From the NCBI GenBank assembly GCA_977030845.1, contig OZ365112.1, forward strand, positions 27,156,001 to 27,220,000: a stretch of 64,000 nucleotides of DNA, read 5' to 3'. The stretch comes from Fimbriosthenelais zetlandica. Taxonomy: Eukaryota. Positions 39,236 through 50,899 of this stretch are shown here, one piece after another (positions within the stretch are counted from its first letter, which is position 1; each line of letters begins with the position of its first letter). Made by a program: the position numbers and the translations under genes. The notes under the pieces are model-generated. The model was not told where the DNA came from. It worked only from the letters and a program-made list of their open reading frames with translations, and searched no databases.

Positions 39236-40824
39236 ACTCTCCATAGCTTATTGCACGGGATGCGGCTTATTCTCCAAGGATCACTGTGCCCAATCTTTCT
39301 CATATCACAATCTCCCTAATGTAAAAACAAAGGGTCAAGTGTTATCCCTATCATCTAGCCAATGATACGACCATTGTGACATCCTCTGTCCCCTCCCCAC
39401 CCCACCCCCCACCACTAATTCCCATTTGCCTCTCGTCTCCCACAGGCTTAGCTATGATTGTATGAATATTTAAACCCGGCCTTTCTTGTTTACCTTGTGT
39501 CCCTGCTCTCTGGCCCTGGACTGATTGCTGTGGATGGCACTGTTAGGGCTGAGCAGGATGCTGTGAAAGGCAATGTTCAACCGTGCATGGGCCAGTCTCC
39601 TTATCATGTTTATATCATGTTCAGCTAGGGCTGCATTAAGCCCACAGTGGCTACATTACACAACAATGCTGTAGTCTATGGTTTGGGCAATAACCCCATT
39701 GTCCACCGAATGACAGTCTAATGCCTTCTATCACCAGCCATTGATCCTATTGATGCATCTTTCTTGCAAGGATAAAAGCATTTTCCACTTGAAATTGAGA
39801 CCTATGCCTTTAAGTATATCAAGGCCAATTATTGACCTATTCAAGACTCATATTATCAGGATTAAATCATGGGTAAATATTAAACAAACCCATAACAAAT
39901 TAACTCCTTAGCCAACTCTATACCCACTTCTTATATAAGCTACCATTCCTCCTATCCCCATGACTAGCCAACTCTTCCCCGTCTTATATAAAAGCTAGCC
40001 TTTCTTCATCCTCCGCCTATAACTTCCAGCCACCTGATCACGTTTCATGCCCCGTTATCTGCTGGTATTGCTTCCCCTTCACGTGTGTTCAATGTTCGCC
40101 CAATATCCCCTAATGACCATGTCTGCATATCAGAGCTTCGCCTCTATTATTCATGCCTTCATTCTCGATCTGCCAGCCTGCTTAACCGTTGTATACTGGT
40201 GGGAGTAATTAGATTTAATGGCTATTGCATGAGAATACAAACCTGGGCAAGCTTTACGACAACACGCCTGGCTCCATTCCTGCATGGTCGACTCTTAGCC
40301 AAGGCTGTATGCCCTGGACAATGCCTCAATGGCTCTTAACACTTATGTTTTTATTAAGGAAATATTTTAAAATTATTAACTAAAAAACCCCAGCTTTTGA
40401 CTTGGAAGTCTGCACTGGCCACTGCGCCATTTTTGGAGCTGATTTTGTGGTCGAAAGTTGATCGGCCCTGGGTTCTGAAACTTGAGATAGGTCGAGTTAA
40501 AAATCGGCATAAAAACATTGACAAATTGACTGATGTCTGATGATATAACAAATTCATTTCTTGGTGGATTTGTTTGTGTGTGCTTCTTTTTGTTTTGTTT
40601 TTACAAAAAAAAGAGCTCACGAAATCGTACAGTGTTTTCCTGGAGGCCTCTGTATATATTCCATATTCAATGTCACCCTATTTCCACACTGTGAACAGTG
40701 AATTGTCAACCATCTTTAACAGTGTAGAACCGATGATAAAGTTACCATACATTAGCCCTTAATTACTCGCCAGTATTAAAATATTCCATCTCCCAGCGGA
40801 CTACTCCCACCGGCCACCCTCACA

Positions 40825-40950
40825 CAAGCCCGCCTCCCATTGGTCCGTCGAGGATATAAGGCCTCGCGGGATTGGTTGAAAAGCATTGGGTCCTTTTGCC
40901 GTATACGACGCCGCAGCAGTACACCACCTCTAGAGTGGATTTCCCTCTAG
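40825..40950. promoter_or_regulatory. CpG-rich promoter-like patch with three inverted CCAAT boxes and a GC box
   Basis: CCCGCC 40829; ATTGG at 40839, 40871 and 40885; GATATAAG 40853. Confidence 0.45.
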
Positions 40951-41475
40951 ATTTAGGAGCTTTAGAAAGCGGTTTTATGCCCTTATCACGGTATTGAATG
41001 ACATGCCAGGGGCAATCTATGTCAATTTTTGCAAATGGGAAAATCTCGGGATCCTATCTTCCCAGGGTGGGGCTCTAGCTGTATGCTGGTGCTTGCCCGT
41101 ACATGTATATTAGATTCCATCGCCCATTTATCTCTCCAGCTATTTCAGAAGGGACGTACTCTAGCCTTTCATACTTGGTGCTTGGTTAGTACGCTAAGGG
41201 CAGACCACCAGATTTGACTAATGGTGTATATTGTGTTTTTATACCCGTTATCCTTGCAAGTGGGGCCATGGGCAGGATACTCATATATGATGATGGTGCT
41301 GGGTGGGGAGGTCTGATTCTCACTCCGGATCCCTTGATTGCTTTTAGCTCATGAATTCATGTAGTAAACCTAAGCTTTTTTCGCCACCTCACTGATCCTT
41401 GTCATTCTTAATTTCCCTGCACTTACATAAGAACAGAATACAACTCCAGGCATCCTTATCAAAGCTTGATAGTGC

Positions 41476-41671
41476 CAAAGGGCAGCCATAATCTTCCCTG
41501 CCTGTGGTGAGAGGCATGTACAAGTTCAGCCATGTCGTCCCCCACTGTCTGTGGTGAGAGGCATCTTTACAGACCAACCATGTCTCCCATTGCCTGTAGT
41601 GAGAGGCATGTAAAATTTCAGTCATGTCTCCCACTGTCTGTAGACAGAAGCATGTGAAAGAACCATTGCTG
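41476..41671 (+). mobile_element. SINE fragment with core unit x4
   Basis: CAGCCATGTC..CCCACTGTCTGTGGTGAGAGGCATG units at about 41477, 41522, 41569 and 41613, then AAAGAACCATTGCTG. Confidence 0.9.
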
Positions 41672-42592
41672 AATCAATTGCTCGGTCAATCACTTATCAA
41701 AGAGTGGCAGATTTTGGAATATGTTATATTAACATCACTTCTAATGATGTAACCAACTAATCATGGCCATTCCTATCTCATCAAATACACAAAAACAATC
41801 GTACTATCTCTGCATTTTATCACAGTCATCTGCACCTGTGTGCTTTCAGACTCCACTCTAACATTACCCCTGATAACATTGTTGGAGTAACACTCAAGCA
41901 CATGCTCAACAGACGCTTGAACTTCGTGAACTTTTGGCGAGAACTGGGTTCGCGGTCTGGAATCCGGACAGAGAATTTGGGGTTGCTATATATAAACAGG
42001 GGTTAAGGGTCTGGGAACCCGGGTTGCTCCCTATATGTGTACACATTGAAATGTTTAACTTTGAGTTTAGAACCAGTGGGCAGTAGAGGTGTAAGATGTC
42101 AAAATACATCTCTATGGTGAACTTTGAGCACGTGGCGGGGAGAGGGTAGACTCGGGGTACCTGCCAGACTATAGGGGGGATTGATGAGAGATAGCAGGCG
42201 ATTATGACGGCTAGCTTCCGGTTATTGCCAAGGGCACTTGAGGCCTTGAGGATTGATTTTGAAGTTAGACAGGGATAGACAGACAGGGCGAGACAGACAG
42301 AACATAAAGTACGCGGTGAATGGAAATTAGGGCTTGTGATCTGAGAATTTAGTTTGTAAACACAATATAAGTATGTCTTAGTGGCGTTAAATTTGTTCCT
42401 TACCATTTAGTGCTCGCATTTAATTAATTGTGAAATGGTCACTTTGGTGAGGGGAATATCAGCTGACGTATCAGTTTATATATGATATTGAATTATCTAT
42501 TATCTACAACCCAGGTACTAAATAATAAACGATTTACTGAGTTTCAACAAACAAATCCCGGATCATTACCCGCTACTCTAATACTGGTACTC

Positions 42593-42681
42593 CAGGTGTT
42601 TCTGTCTGGCAGGAGCAGGTGAGCCTTGTCAGCCCCCATTCCTCCACGTGCCCAGGTGTTCCTACTACTAAAACACAGGTG
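42593..42681 (+). promoter_or_regulatory. E-box cluster (CAGGTG x4, CACGTG x1)
   Basis: CAGGTG at 42593, 42616, 42653 and 42676; CACGTG 42645. Confidence 0.45.
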
Positions 42682-42813
42682 AAATGAACATACATCACCT
42701 CTCAATCATTATCACAAGAGCCCTGACCTGCCCCTACAACCGCGCCAGCCCTTCATCTACTCTCTACCTGGTTATTTCTCGTTATTCAAAACGAAAAGCT
42801 TAGTACAGGTTAT

Positions 42814-43090
42814 AAAGTGTTCATCCATGCTTTTGGTGAGAGGCATGTAGAATGATTAGCATGCCTCCTCCTGACCAGCAATGTCTTCCACTGTCTTGTG
42901 AGAGACTTGTAAATGACCAGCCATGTCTTCCATTGCCTTGTGAGACTCGGAGGCTTTTAAAAGGTCAGCCATGTCTCCCACTGTCTTGTGTATGTGAGAG
43001 GCTTGTAAAAGGTCATCCATGTCTTCCAGTTTTGTGAGTGGCATTTACAAAGCCAGCCATGCCTTTCACAGTGGTGAGAGGCCTGTAAAT
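42814..43090 (+). mobile_element. SINE-core-derived tandem array (about 6 units)
   Basis: (TGA/GGT)CCAGCCATGTCTTCCACTGTCTTGTGAGAGGCTTGTAAA units at about 42814, 42872, 42914, 42963, 43011 and 43051. Confidence 0.85.
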
Positions 43091-43751
43091 GATATTAAAG
43101 AAACCAATCAACCAATCCATCCAATACTCATGGAAATCACTTGGAGATTCCTTCCCATGTTCACCTGGCTTACAGCATGAGTAGCTCGGCCTGCCTGCCC
43201 CCACCTGCCCCCTCTCCATCCGTTTGACATTTCCTTATATATCCCCCAGCCCGCCACTTCTAAGTCAAGTCCCTGATCTCTGCCTGGCCACCTCCGACTC
43301 CTAATCCTCCTAGGAATTTAACATCAGAGAAGCAAATGAATGCCAGAGCAAATGAAGCCCCATGTAGTCTCAGTCCGACTTAGCCGGCGACTAATTGGGA
43401 CCTGCTTTGTAGGGGATAGGCTTATATATTGGCCGTGTGACATAAAGAAATGATATACGTATATGGGACTACTATATATGCCAATTCTGCTGGAAAAGAT
43501 TAAAGGCAAGCCCCTGGCTTTAGATGCTGTAGCTGCATGTTGAAGAGGATTTGTATGCATGAAGGGGAGATGTACTTATACACATGGGCAATCTAATTAT
43601 ACTTAATGCATCTGGGAGCCATTCTTTCTGGCAATCGTGCATACATATTATTTAGATCAGAGTTAGATCAGGCAATAACAGAGTCGATGTCCATACACTG
43701 TCTCTTGTATCAAGAAACACATGTCGGAGGTCATATAGGTTGAATTTTCAA

Positions 43752-43885
43752 ACCTTTCTTCAAATTTACCATTGCCCTTTGCCACCTGGTGCATTATAAC
43801 TTGTCATCAAAGGCCATGTCTCCCACTGTCTATGATGAAAGCCATGTAATAGACCAGCCATGTCTCCCACTGTCTATCGAGGCCC
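43752..43885 (+). mobile_element. SINE copy with core unit x2
   Basis: AAATTTACCATTGCCC..CATCAAAGGCCATGTCTCCCACTGTCTATG..GACCAGCCATGTCTCCCACTGTCTAT. Confidence 0.85.
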
Positions 43886-44708
43886 AACAGTTTCTTTCTG
43901 CGACTTGTAACACCAATCATACCAAATCCAATCAAATCAAGAATACCAGGATATGGATGCATTAAAATATTCATAGACAGTAGGACATAGAAAACATAAG
44001 AGTATAGGGTATAGCATATAGTTTAAAAAGAGGATAAAATGAGTCAGCTAAGTCTATTTAATCAGTGAAGACCCTTCATTATAATTAAACCCTTGAGATC
44101 TTTGCCCGATGTTTAATGATTCCCATGACGAAGTAGTAGCTTTATTTCCCAGTCCCTTCAGCCCAAGCCAACACAACATCTGAAAGACTAACAAAAAAAA
44201 CTTTATTGTACCATAGAGCCAGTCTTTCCTCGATATGTGTACTGAAATCAGTTTTCCCTGAAGATTAAAGGTTTCAACAATCCTTTTGGAAAACTAAATG
44301 TCAAATTTTGTTCATGTCGAAACATTTGAATTAATATTTTAGTTTCACTTATCTCTGTTATGAACACTTTCAGATCATGATATCCATAAATTTGATGCTC
44401 TAAGTAAATGCAAATAACAGGTAATTATCTTGCAAAAAATTAACATAATTATAGAAAACTACGTGTTTATGAATATACAGTTTAACATTTGATTCATAGT
44501 TTTGCTGAATTTGATATTTATGATTGTTGTGACTACATATTATATCCAATATATAATATTGTTATATATAACAATTGTTATATATAAAGACTCAGAGAAG
44601 CAACAGTAATCTGATAAATATTTACCCATTCCAGGGTGTACCTGAACGCCTGGCTACCTGAGGCGGTTAGGACTCGTCAGCATCGACCAACAGGTGGAAG
44701 GTAAGCTA

Positions 44709-44756
44709 TCAGTCCACTCTCCCCTAGTGGTCACGTCCCTTTAGTGGTCAGACCTC
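44709..44756. mobile_element. MITE end fragment
   Basis: CAGTCCACTCTCCCCTAGTGGTCACGTCCCTTTAGTGGTCAGACCTC is the reverse complement of about 14725-14771. Confidence 0.6.
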
Positions 44757-44823
44757 CAGCCCTTACAGCCGAATTTTCACTGGAAGATACAGCGCTTGTA
44801 TTTACTACTTCCGCGTCATTCAC

Positions 44824-44946
44824 CTCAACTGCAGGCTGCCTTTTTCATGAGGCAATATCAATAGCAACGACTGATGAGCACTTGCAATTGTTGCGAGTGT
44901 GTGTCTGCTAGATACTCGCAGTTGTTGCGAGTGTGGATCTCCACGA
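44824..44946 (-). other. Candidate spliced exon (123 nt, probably 5'UTR)
   Basis: Minus acceptor CTTCTGCTTACTGCCATTTTTCCAGTGCTTTCTTTCAG and donor GAG|GTGAAT; one frame open, no homology recognised. Confidence 0.3.
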
Positions 44947-45044
44947 CTGAAAGAAAGCACTGGAAAAATGGCAGTAAGCAGAAGGCAAATGATCGGGTGG
45001 AAATCACCCCAGGTCCCTCCATCTAATTGTCTTTTGGAAGTTTG

Positions 45045-45240
45045 CTTACCTTGTATATATGAGCCCAGACCAGCTACCTTCCTCCCTCCCCGCCCCCCTC
45101 CACCTTCCTCCACACTCCCCCCTCCCCCTGGCGGCGATAATTTACACGCTCTAATGAGACGCCGTCTTGAAGGGCTTCTCGTGACGTCAGCAGTGTCATT
45201 TGATAAGCAGAGGGAAGCCATTTTCTGATTGACTGAAGCC
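45045..45240 (-). promoter_or_regulatory. Promoter-like patch (full CRE, GC box, GATA, TATA-like or 5' splice donor)
   Basis: TGACGTCA 45182-45189; CCCCGCCCC 45088-45096; TGATAAG ~45201; minus ATATATACAAG|GTAAGC at 45060-45044. Confidence 0.4.
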
Positions 45241-45670
45241 AGTACATAGCTCTCCTTGCCTGCTTCGGCAGCTATAGCTTTTCCCCCAGTCTTGTTTTTT
45301 TAATGATTTTTCGCCGCCCTATCTGGCATGAAGTCTGTGGAGTTTCTTACATGCACGTATCGTGTATAATGAAGGAAGGGGACATGGGGTGAAAAATGGG
45401 AGCGGCTGTCATGAAATGTGACAGGTACTGTTTAATTGGAGACAACCTATTACTAATAGGCTCTTTTCTGCTCTTATTAACATGCCCTACATCCAGGTTT
45501 CAAATTTTCTTTTGCCATTGTCCTCATCAACATGACATTTGATAAAAATAATACCATTATGAAAGGTTGTTTAACACCATACAGGCATATACAAGCCTGA
45601 TTAATCCTGGTATTTTCAGTGATTTAAATGGCCCTTCTTAGTATTTCCTCCCTTGCAGTTCCAATGACAT

Positions 45671-45835
45671 GTGACCTTTCCTGGAATTTGCGATGACTTA
45701 CGTGGCCCTCCCTGGCATTTTGAACGACTTAGGTGGCCCTTCCTGGCATTTCCAATGTCGTAAGTGGCATTAAATCCTCAATGACACAGGTGGCCCTTCC
45801 TGGAATTCTCATTGCCTTAAGCGGCCCTCCCAAAC
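45671..45835. repeat. 31-bp minisatellite (about 6 units)
   Basis: GTGGCCCTTCCTGG(C/A)ATTT..GACTTA units at 45671, 45702, 45733, 45764 (short), 45790 and 45821 (partial). Confidence 0.85.
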
Positions 45836-46329
45836 CCAAATCTCAACAAATTCCACGTCCAACCCAAAATACCAATATCATTTCAACTGGAATATTTTCC
45901 GAACACATTTCCTTAAAATTGACAGTATGAGAACAGCATAGCGAAGTGATTATACCATTGGAATGGCAATCTATATATTTCCTCGTATCCCATTCACAAT
46001 TTTAAGAGGCAACTCCATTCAAGTCGGGACTATATTTCTCCGACTAATGACGGTATAAATCTCTACCCCAGGCATGCGCCACAGTAGACCCCCAATTGAT
46101 AAACTTTCTGAGTGGTGGGCATTTTTAAACTGCTCCTGAAAGCTATCTCAACCAGCCGACTAAAGCTTGTTCATTTGATGCATTATTCCTTCTGGCATTC
46201 ATTAGTAAATGCTATCCATCAGTGATTGGGGGATAACTGAACGAGGGAATTTCCGAGGCAGAATTGGACTATGTGATGACATAGCCAGCTTAGTGCCTTC
46301 ATTAACGAGTTTGAAACGCAATTTTGACA

Positions 46330-46440
46330 TACTGTTAGGTCTCCACTAACCGACCACACTCCTGTAGTGAGACAGTTGCGTCTCCACTAACGACCACTCT
46401 CCAAAAGCGACCAAATCCCTATAGTGGTACAACTTGGAGA
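46330..46440. mobile_element. MITE left fragment
   Basis: TACTGTTAGGTCTCCACTAACCGACCAC..CTCCACTAACGACCACTCTCCAAAAGCGACC. Confidence 0.5.
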
Positions 46441-47227
46441 GAACCAACACCAATGTCCTAACAGTAATTATAATTTAGCATTTCAAAAGGTGACCCATGA
46501 GGCTTAAATTGCTTTGCATTGCCTTTGCAATGAGGGGTGCACATCAATCTATACCTATACAGACTTCTGTACATAGCCCCAACTCCCTCCCCTCCCATCT
46601 TCATTCCCCACCCCCACACTGCCCCACCCTCCCCCTCATCCACCACCCACTTGTATTCAGGCCCCTCCACCAGCCCCTTGTCCCTCCACCATCCATCAGC
46701 ACCCCTCCTCTGATCCCACCTAATCAAGCAAGCCACCATCTTCTTTATATATACACTCTCCCTCCAACCAAATCCTGCCCACCTCCAGCGAGGCCAGGGA
46801 GGGGTCGTCTCCTTTCCCACCGCCTTGAATTTCAAGCCGCTTCACGGTCCGTAGGAAATATGAGCGGGGTGGGAGGAGACAAGTCTGCCTGTTATTTCAT
46901 ATTCAAGGCGTTTTTCTGGAGAGGCTGCGGTCTCAGTAAATCAGGATTTTGTGGGGATTAGGGGAGCAGGCTGGGGAGATCCACCCAGCATCTTTGGGTA
47001 TACCGTGTCGTGGATTTGTTGGCTATACGCGACACGGGAACGCCGCCCAGTGAACACTGCCGGATTTACCCACATTATTCCCATGTTCCTAAATTCGTAC
47101 TAAACAAAAGCCCAACTGTAAGCTACTTGTTCTATATGAGAACTTTAAAAGTTGATTTGTGGATCGCTATGGCCTTGGCCTACTTGTATATGGCCATGTA
47201 CGCTGTTCATGTATTTCCATGCTTCTG

Positions 47228-47340
47228 TGTGGGATATCAATGGCCGGCCATTTCTCCTCCCTCTGTCTGGTGAGAGGAATATAAAAAGATTTGCCATTTG
47301 AGAAGAGCTGCATTTTGTCCTCACAGTTTCATTTCTTGAG
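47228..47340 (+). mobile_element. SINE copy, diverged
   Basis: GGGATATCAATGGCCGGCCATTTCTCC..TGTCTGGTGAGAGGAATATAAAAGA..GCCATTTGAGAAGAGC. Confidence 0.75.
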
Positions 47341-47984
47341 TTGTTTGAAATTTGTCCGAGTAATTTCTTACTGGCAACTACTCCTATCCTCTTCCTTGCT
47401 TGCACCTCTTTGGCTATTCCAAATTTCCTGAAAGGATAACTGTTTAAACGATCATAGCCATGCATAATTTGTTATATACATGTATTACCATCAAGTGACC
47501 CCACTGAAAATAGCAATTCAAGAAAACTTATATTTATTACAATCTCTTCCCTCCATTTGTGTAAGCGTCTAACAACACAAACACAAGTTTTAACGGCTTC
47601 CAAATTTGCACCGAATCAATAGACGTTGGGAAGTGACTTGAACTCCATTTGATCTGGCTGCCATCAATTGTGAGAAGCAGAAATACTCAAGCCTTCCATT
47701 CTTATTAACAAAGCAGATTAGCGTTGATAATCTGGCTCCCTGTTTAATATTGATTTCTTCATTAAGCAGCTTCCGTCTTGTTCATTAGCGCGGCGCGCTC
47801 GGCCTCCTTGTTTGGTGATGGGAACAAGCAAAATGGATGCCATGGCTTAAAGATGTCACTCACGTTTTATCCCCCCTGTGAAACTTGTACTGTGGGCACG
47901 CCATAATATTGCCACCAAATACGGGCAAGGTACGAGATAATTAAATATAATATATTACCAGACCAAGTTATTTTAAGACACTTC

Positions 47985-48138
47985 GGTCTTGGACGTTCGA
48001 GGTCCTTGGTTCAATTCCCCAATCAGGGTTTGGATTTGGCCTTGATATTCTGGCTCAAGTGAGGCTTGCTATCTCTCCTGAGAGGTATGTAAAATGTGCT
48101 CCATGTCTCCTACTGTCTCTGGAGAGAGGCATGTAAAG
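47985..48138 (+). mobile_element. SINE copy, diverged, core unit x2
   Basis: GAGGTCCTTGGTTCAATTCCCC head; TCTCTCCTGAGAGGTATGTAAAA then CCATGTCTCCTACTGTCTCTGGAGAGAGGCATGTAAAG. Confidence 0.7.
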
Positions 48139-50899
48139 GGTGTACCAAGATTGGTATGCCATAGAGCCGAGATATTACCCTGGCTGTTGGTGCAAAGTCA
48201 TGAGGGTAGTAGTATAGGGAATTGTCATTTTTAATTGGAAGCCACTCTAGTCCTTGTTATGTTTCAAGAAGCCATGTTTTGCAACTCCGAAAACGTGTAA
48301 AGTAATAATATTGAGAGTATACTTTTATACTTATGGCAACACGTATTTGACTGCAGGTCTCCGTCTTCTTTAGACATTACCTTTGTCATATTGTCAAGTA
48401 AGTAGTATATGGAAAAGCCCCACTTTACCTGGCCTCGTACAAGCCCCAATGGTCGATTCATGCTTCCTTCTTTCTCTTACGAGACACACTTCCTTTTCTC
48501 ATTTTTTGTTATAAACCAACTTAAAAGTACCATACTTTATAATTTTGTATGACGTTTTCCCCATACATCACTTTGTCGTGCCTGTCGCAGGCTCTCGATA
48601 AGTCACACTGAATGATAATAACAAGGCCCAGGCTTCAGATTAGATTACTCTGTCTAAATCCTTCTGGGAAATTAAGTCTAGAAGCGATGACGGTAGCTAC
48701 ATCGATTGATAAGAAAACGGGAGGCGGGGGAGTCTAGAGCTCTTTACTTTACTTGTGTCCACAAAAAGGCCTCCAGCATGTAATGTTTCAGGCAACAAGA
48801 TTCAACTTAAGTTGTACCAGAAACATTATGTAATCAATAATTGTTATAGAAGGGTTTTAGTTTTTTTAGGAGGATTTTTCAATATAAAAGCAAATGGTTG
48901 AATTAAAAGCAATTCTCTCAAGAATTGTGCTTGCTACGAAAAAAATGATAGGCATTGAAAAAGTACCCCCGTAGGGTATAGGGCCTATACCATTGGGTAC
49001 CTGAAAGGACGGTTACCTGGCTTGGGCCTGCATGTCTTAGAATGGCAGGACCCCCCCCCCCCCCCACACACACCTCCCAGCCAAACACTAACCCAACAAT
49101 GGAACTGTCTCTATACCCATTCAGCACTTGAAGCATTAACGGATTATGAGCTTATCTCTGAGGCGGAGATTTCGTGGGACTGCTTGCTAAGAGTTGATTA
49201 TGTATCACCACACCTCCTATAATATAGTCCCCCTTCTCCACCTCCCAATCTAAACCTATTATCAACATGTGTCATCTGAGCTGATAAGCTATGATACAAC
49301 TATGAATATTAGAACTGTTGTTCTTTATCTTCTATAGGTTTTTATGCCTGGTTTTTTCTTGTGTCAGTTGGTTTGGCGAGAATGGTGAGGGTTTGGTGTG
49401 ATTGCTTGTGCAAGGTCTCTCTAGGCAAGGCAATCTCCTTCCATAAAGGAAAAGTTGCAAGACCATATTCTTGGCGAAGGTTCTGGTGAGGGTTCTGGAC
49501 TATTCACTGGCTATCCTCGTCAAAAAAATATGCATTGGCGAGAATAAGAGAGAGGGCGAAAGACCGAGATAGTGAAGAGACCGAAACCTAGTGAAAGAAT
49601 GACCAAAACCAAGAGAGTGAAGGAGAGTTACTGAGAGACCAAGTGGAGAGAGGGAGTGAGAAAGTGATTTATTTCCATGCCCTGTCTCGCACATTTCTAA
49701 CCCGATCCACCGCTCCCTGTGCCATTCCCCCCATCTCCTCCTCTCAGCCTATTGAGTTAGACATTAATGGTTCCTCATTTTATTCTCTGATGGATCTCAG
49801 ACCTGTGCCTCGCCTCCTCCCTGCTCGCCGTCTCCACTCTCCCCTCGCCGTATAAATTGTACCCGCTGCCTGATATAAATACAGTTGGTAGTGGAATATT
49901 AGTTACCGCAGCTTGTGTTGGCGAGAAGTTTCGTGACTTGTCATTCTGGCACACGTCTCTATTAACGTTTTCATCATTTTCAATCAGTAAGCGTATACTT
50001 GTAGCGTCTGAGTCCAACATTCGCTCAGCAATAGCTTGCCGATACTGCCGTCATTTCCTATGTGTCGCCTCTGCAGTACTGTTAGACCTAAGTACTATTA
50101 AGGCCATTGCCCACTGGTGCAAGAAAATAAATCTGCGGAGTCTGGCCTCTGAAACCTTCATATTTTGGGGGTTGGGCTTCATTTTTTACACTGGCCTCAT
50201 AGATTTTTATCAGGCATTCTCTTTTCACAAAAATAACCAAGCTCCACTAAAGTGATCAACCCAAAATGCAATATCCCGAAATTTCACTTGAAGCCGAATC
50301 GATAAAAATATTTAAAGCTATCACTTATGGAACCGATCTAGAAACGATCAGGCCAACTTGAGGTGATAACCAACACTACTCTGATGATCAAAAGAGACGG
50401 TCTATAAACGAACCGTCCCTCACCTTTTACCGCTTCTAATTTAAAGTATAAGCGGAGCCCTTACATTGCCCCACCAGCCGTGTATTATCTATTGAAGCAT
50501 GTCTCATTCCTGCCGCCGTTTAAGGCATCAAACGCCCATTAGAGGTTAATGACCACATGCTTCATCCAATCATGTCTTCATGGACGCATAATAACAGTCC
50601 TTCTTTTCATGTGTAATGGCGGAGAAGAGAGGTGGAGCTCTGAGCACTGGCTTCGGCCTCGTCTCTTCCCTCCCTCTCCCTCTCTTCCCACCCTGCGCAC
50701 ACAATCTGTGGCTATTCAAAGAGGTACTGTGCCAAACCCACTGCTATTGATCTACCCGCTGTAAAGCAGCCCCTTTTTGACACTTTAAACCTTTCCTGGC
50801 CTGAATTTCCAGACCAAAACTTTCCATCCATATTCTCAACTACCATGATGCATTCACAAAGCAATTTTTAGTCGCAAAACTAGAGGTTGGTCTCTGGAT

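Noticed and set aside
39909-40012. Short imperfect local duplications (also 6048-6143, 24130-24208, 5608-5635, 23723-23750)
   Set aside because: Ordinary slippage products with no further structure.
42305-42324. miR-124-like TAAAGTACGCGGTGAATG
   Set aside because: Two seed mismatches and no star arm.
41906-42406. 166-aa minus ORF as a possible LINE fragment
   Set aside because: No RT or endonuclease motifs seen.
42814-43090. CRISPR-like array (also 11594-11810, 41477-41655)
   Set aside because: Eukaryotic context; units are contiguous diverged repeats with no unique spacers, no leader and no cas genes.
45261-45272. U6 snRNA 5'-like TGCTTCGGCAGC
   Set aside because: The rest of U6 is absent; only a 4-bp UUCG stem.
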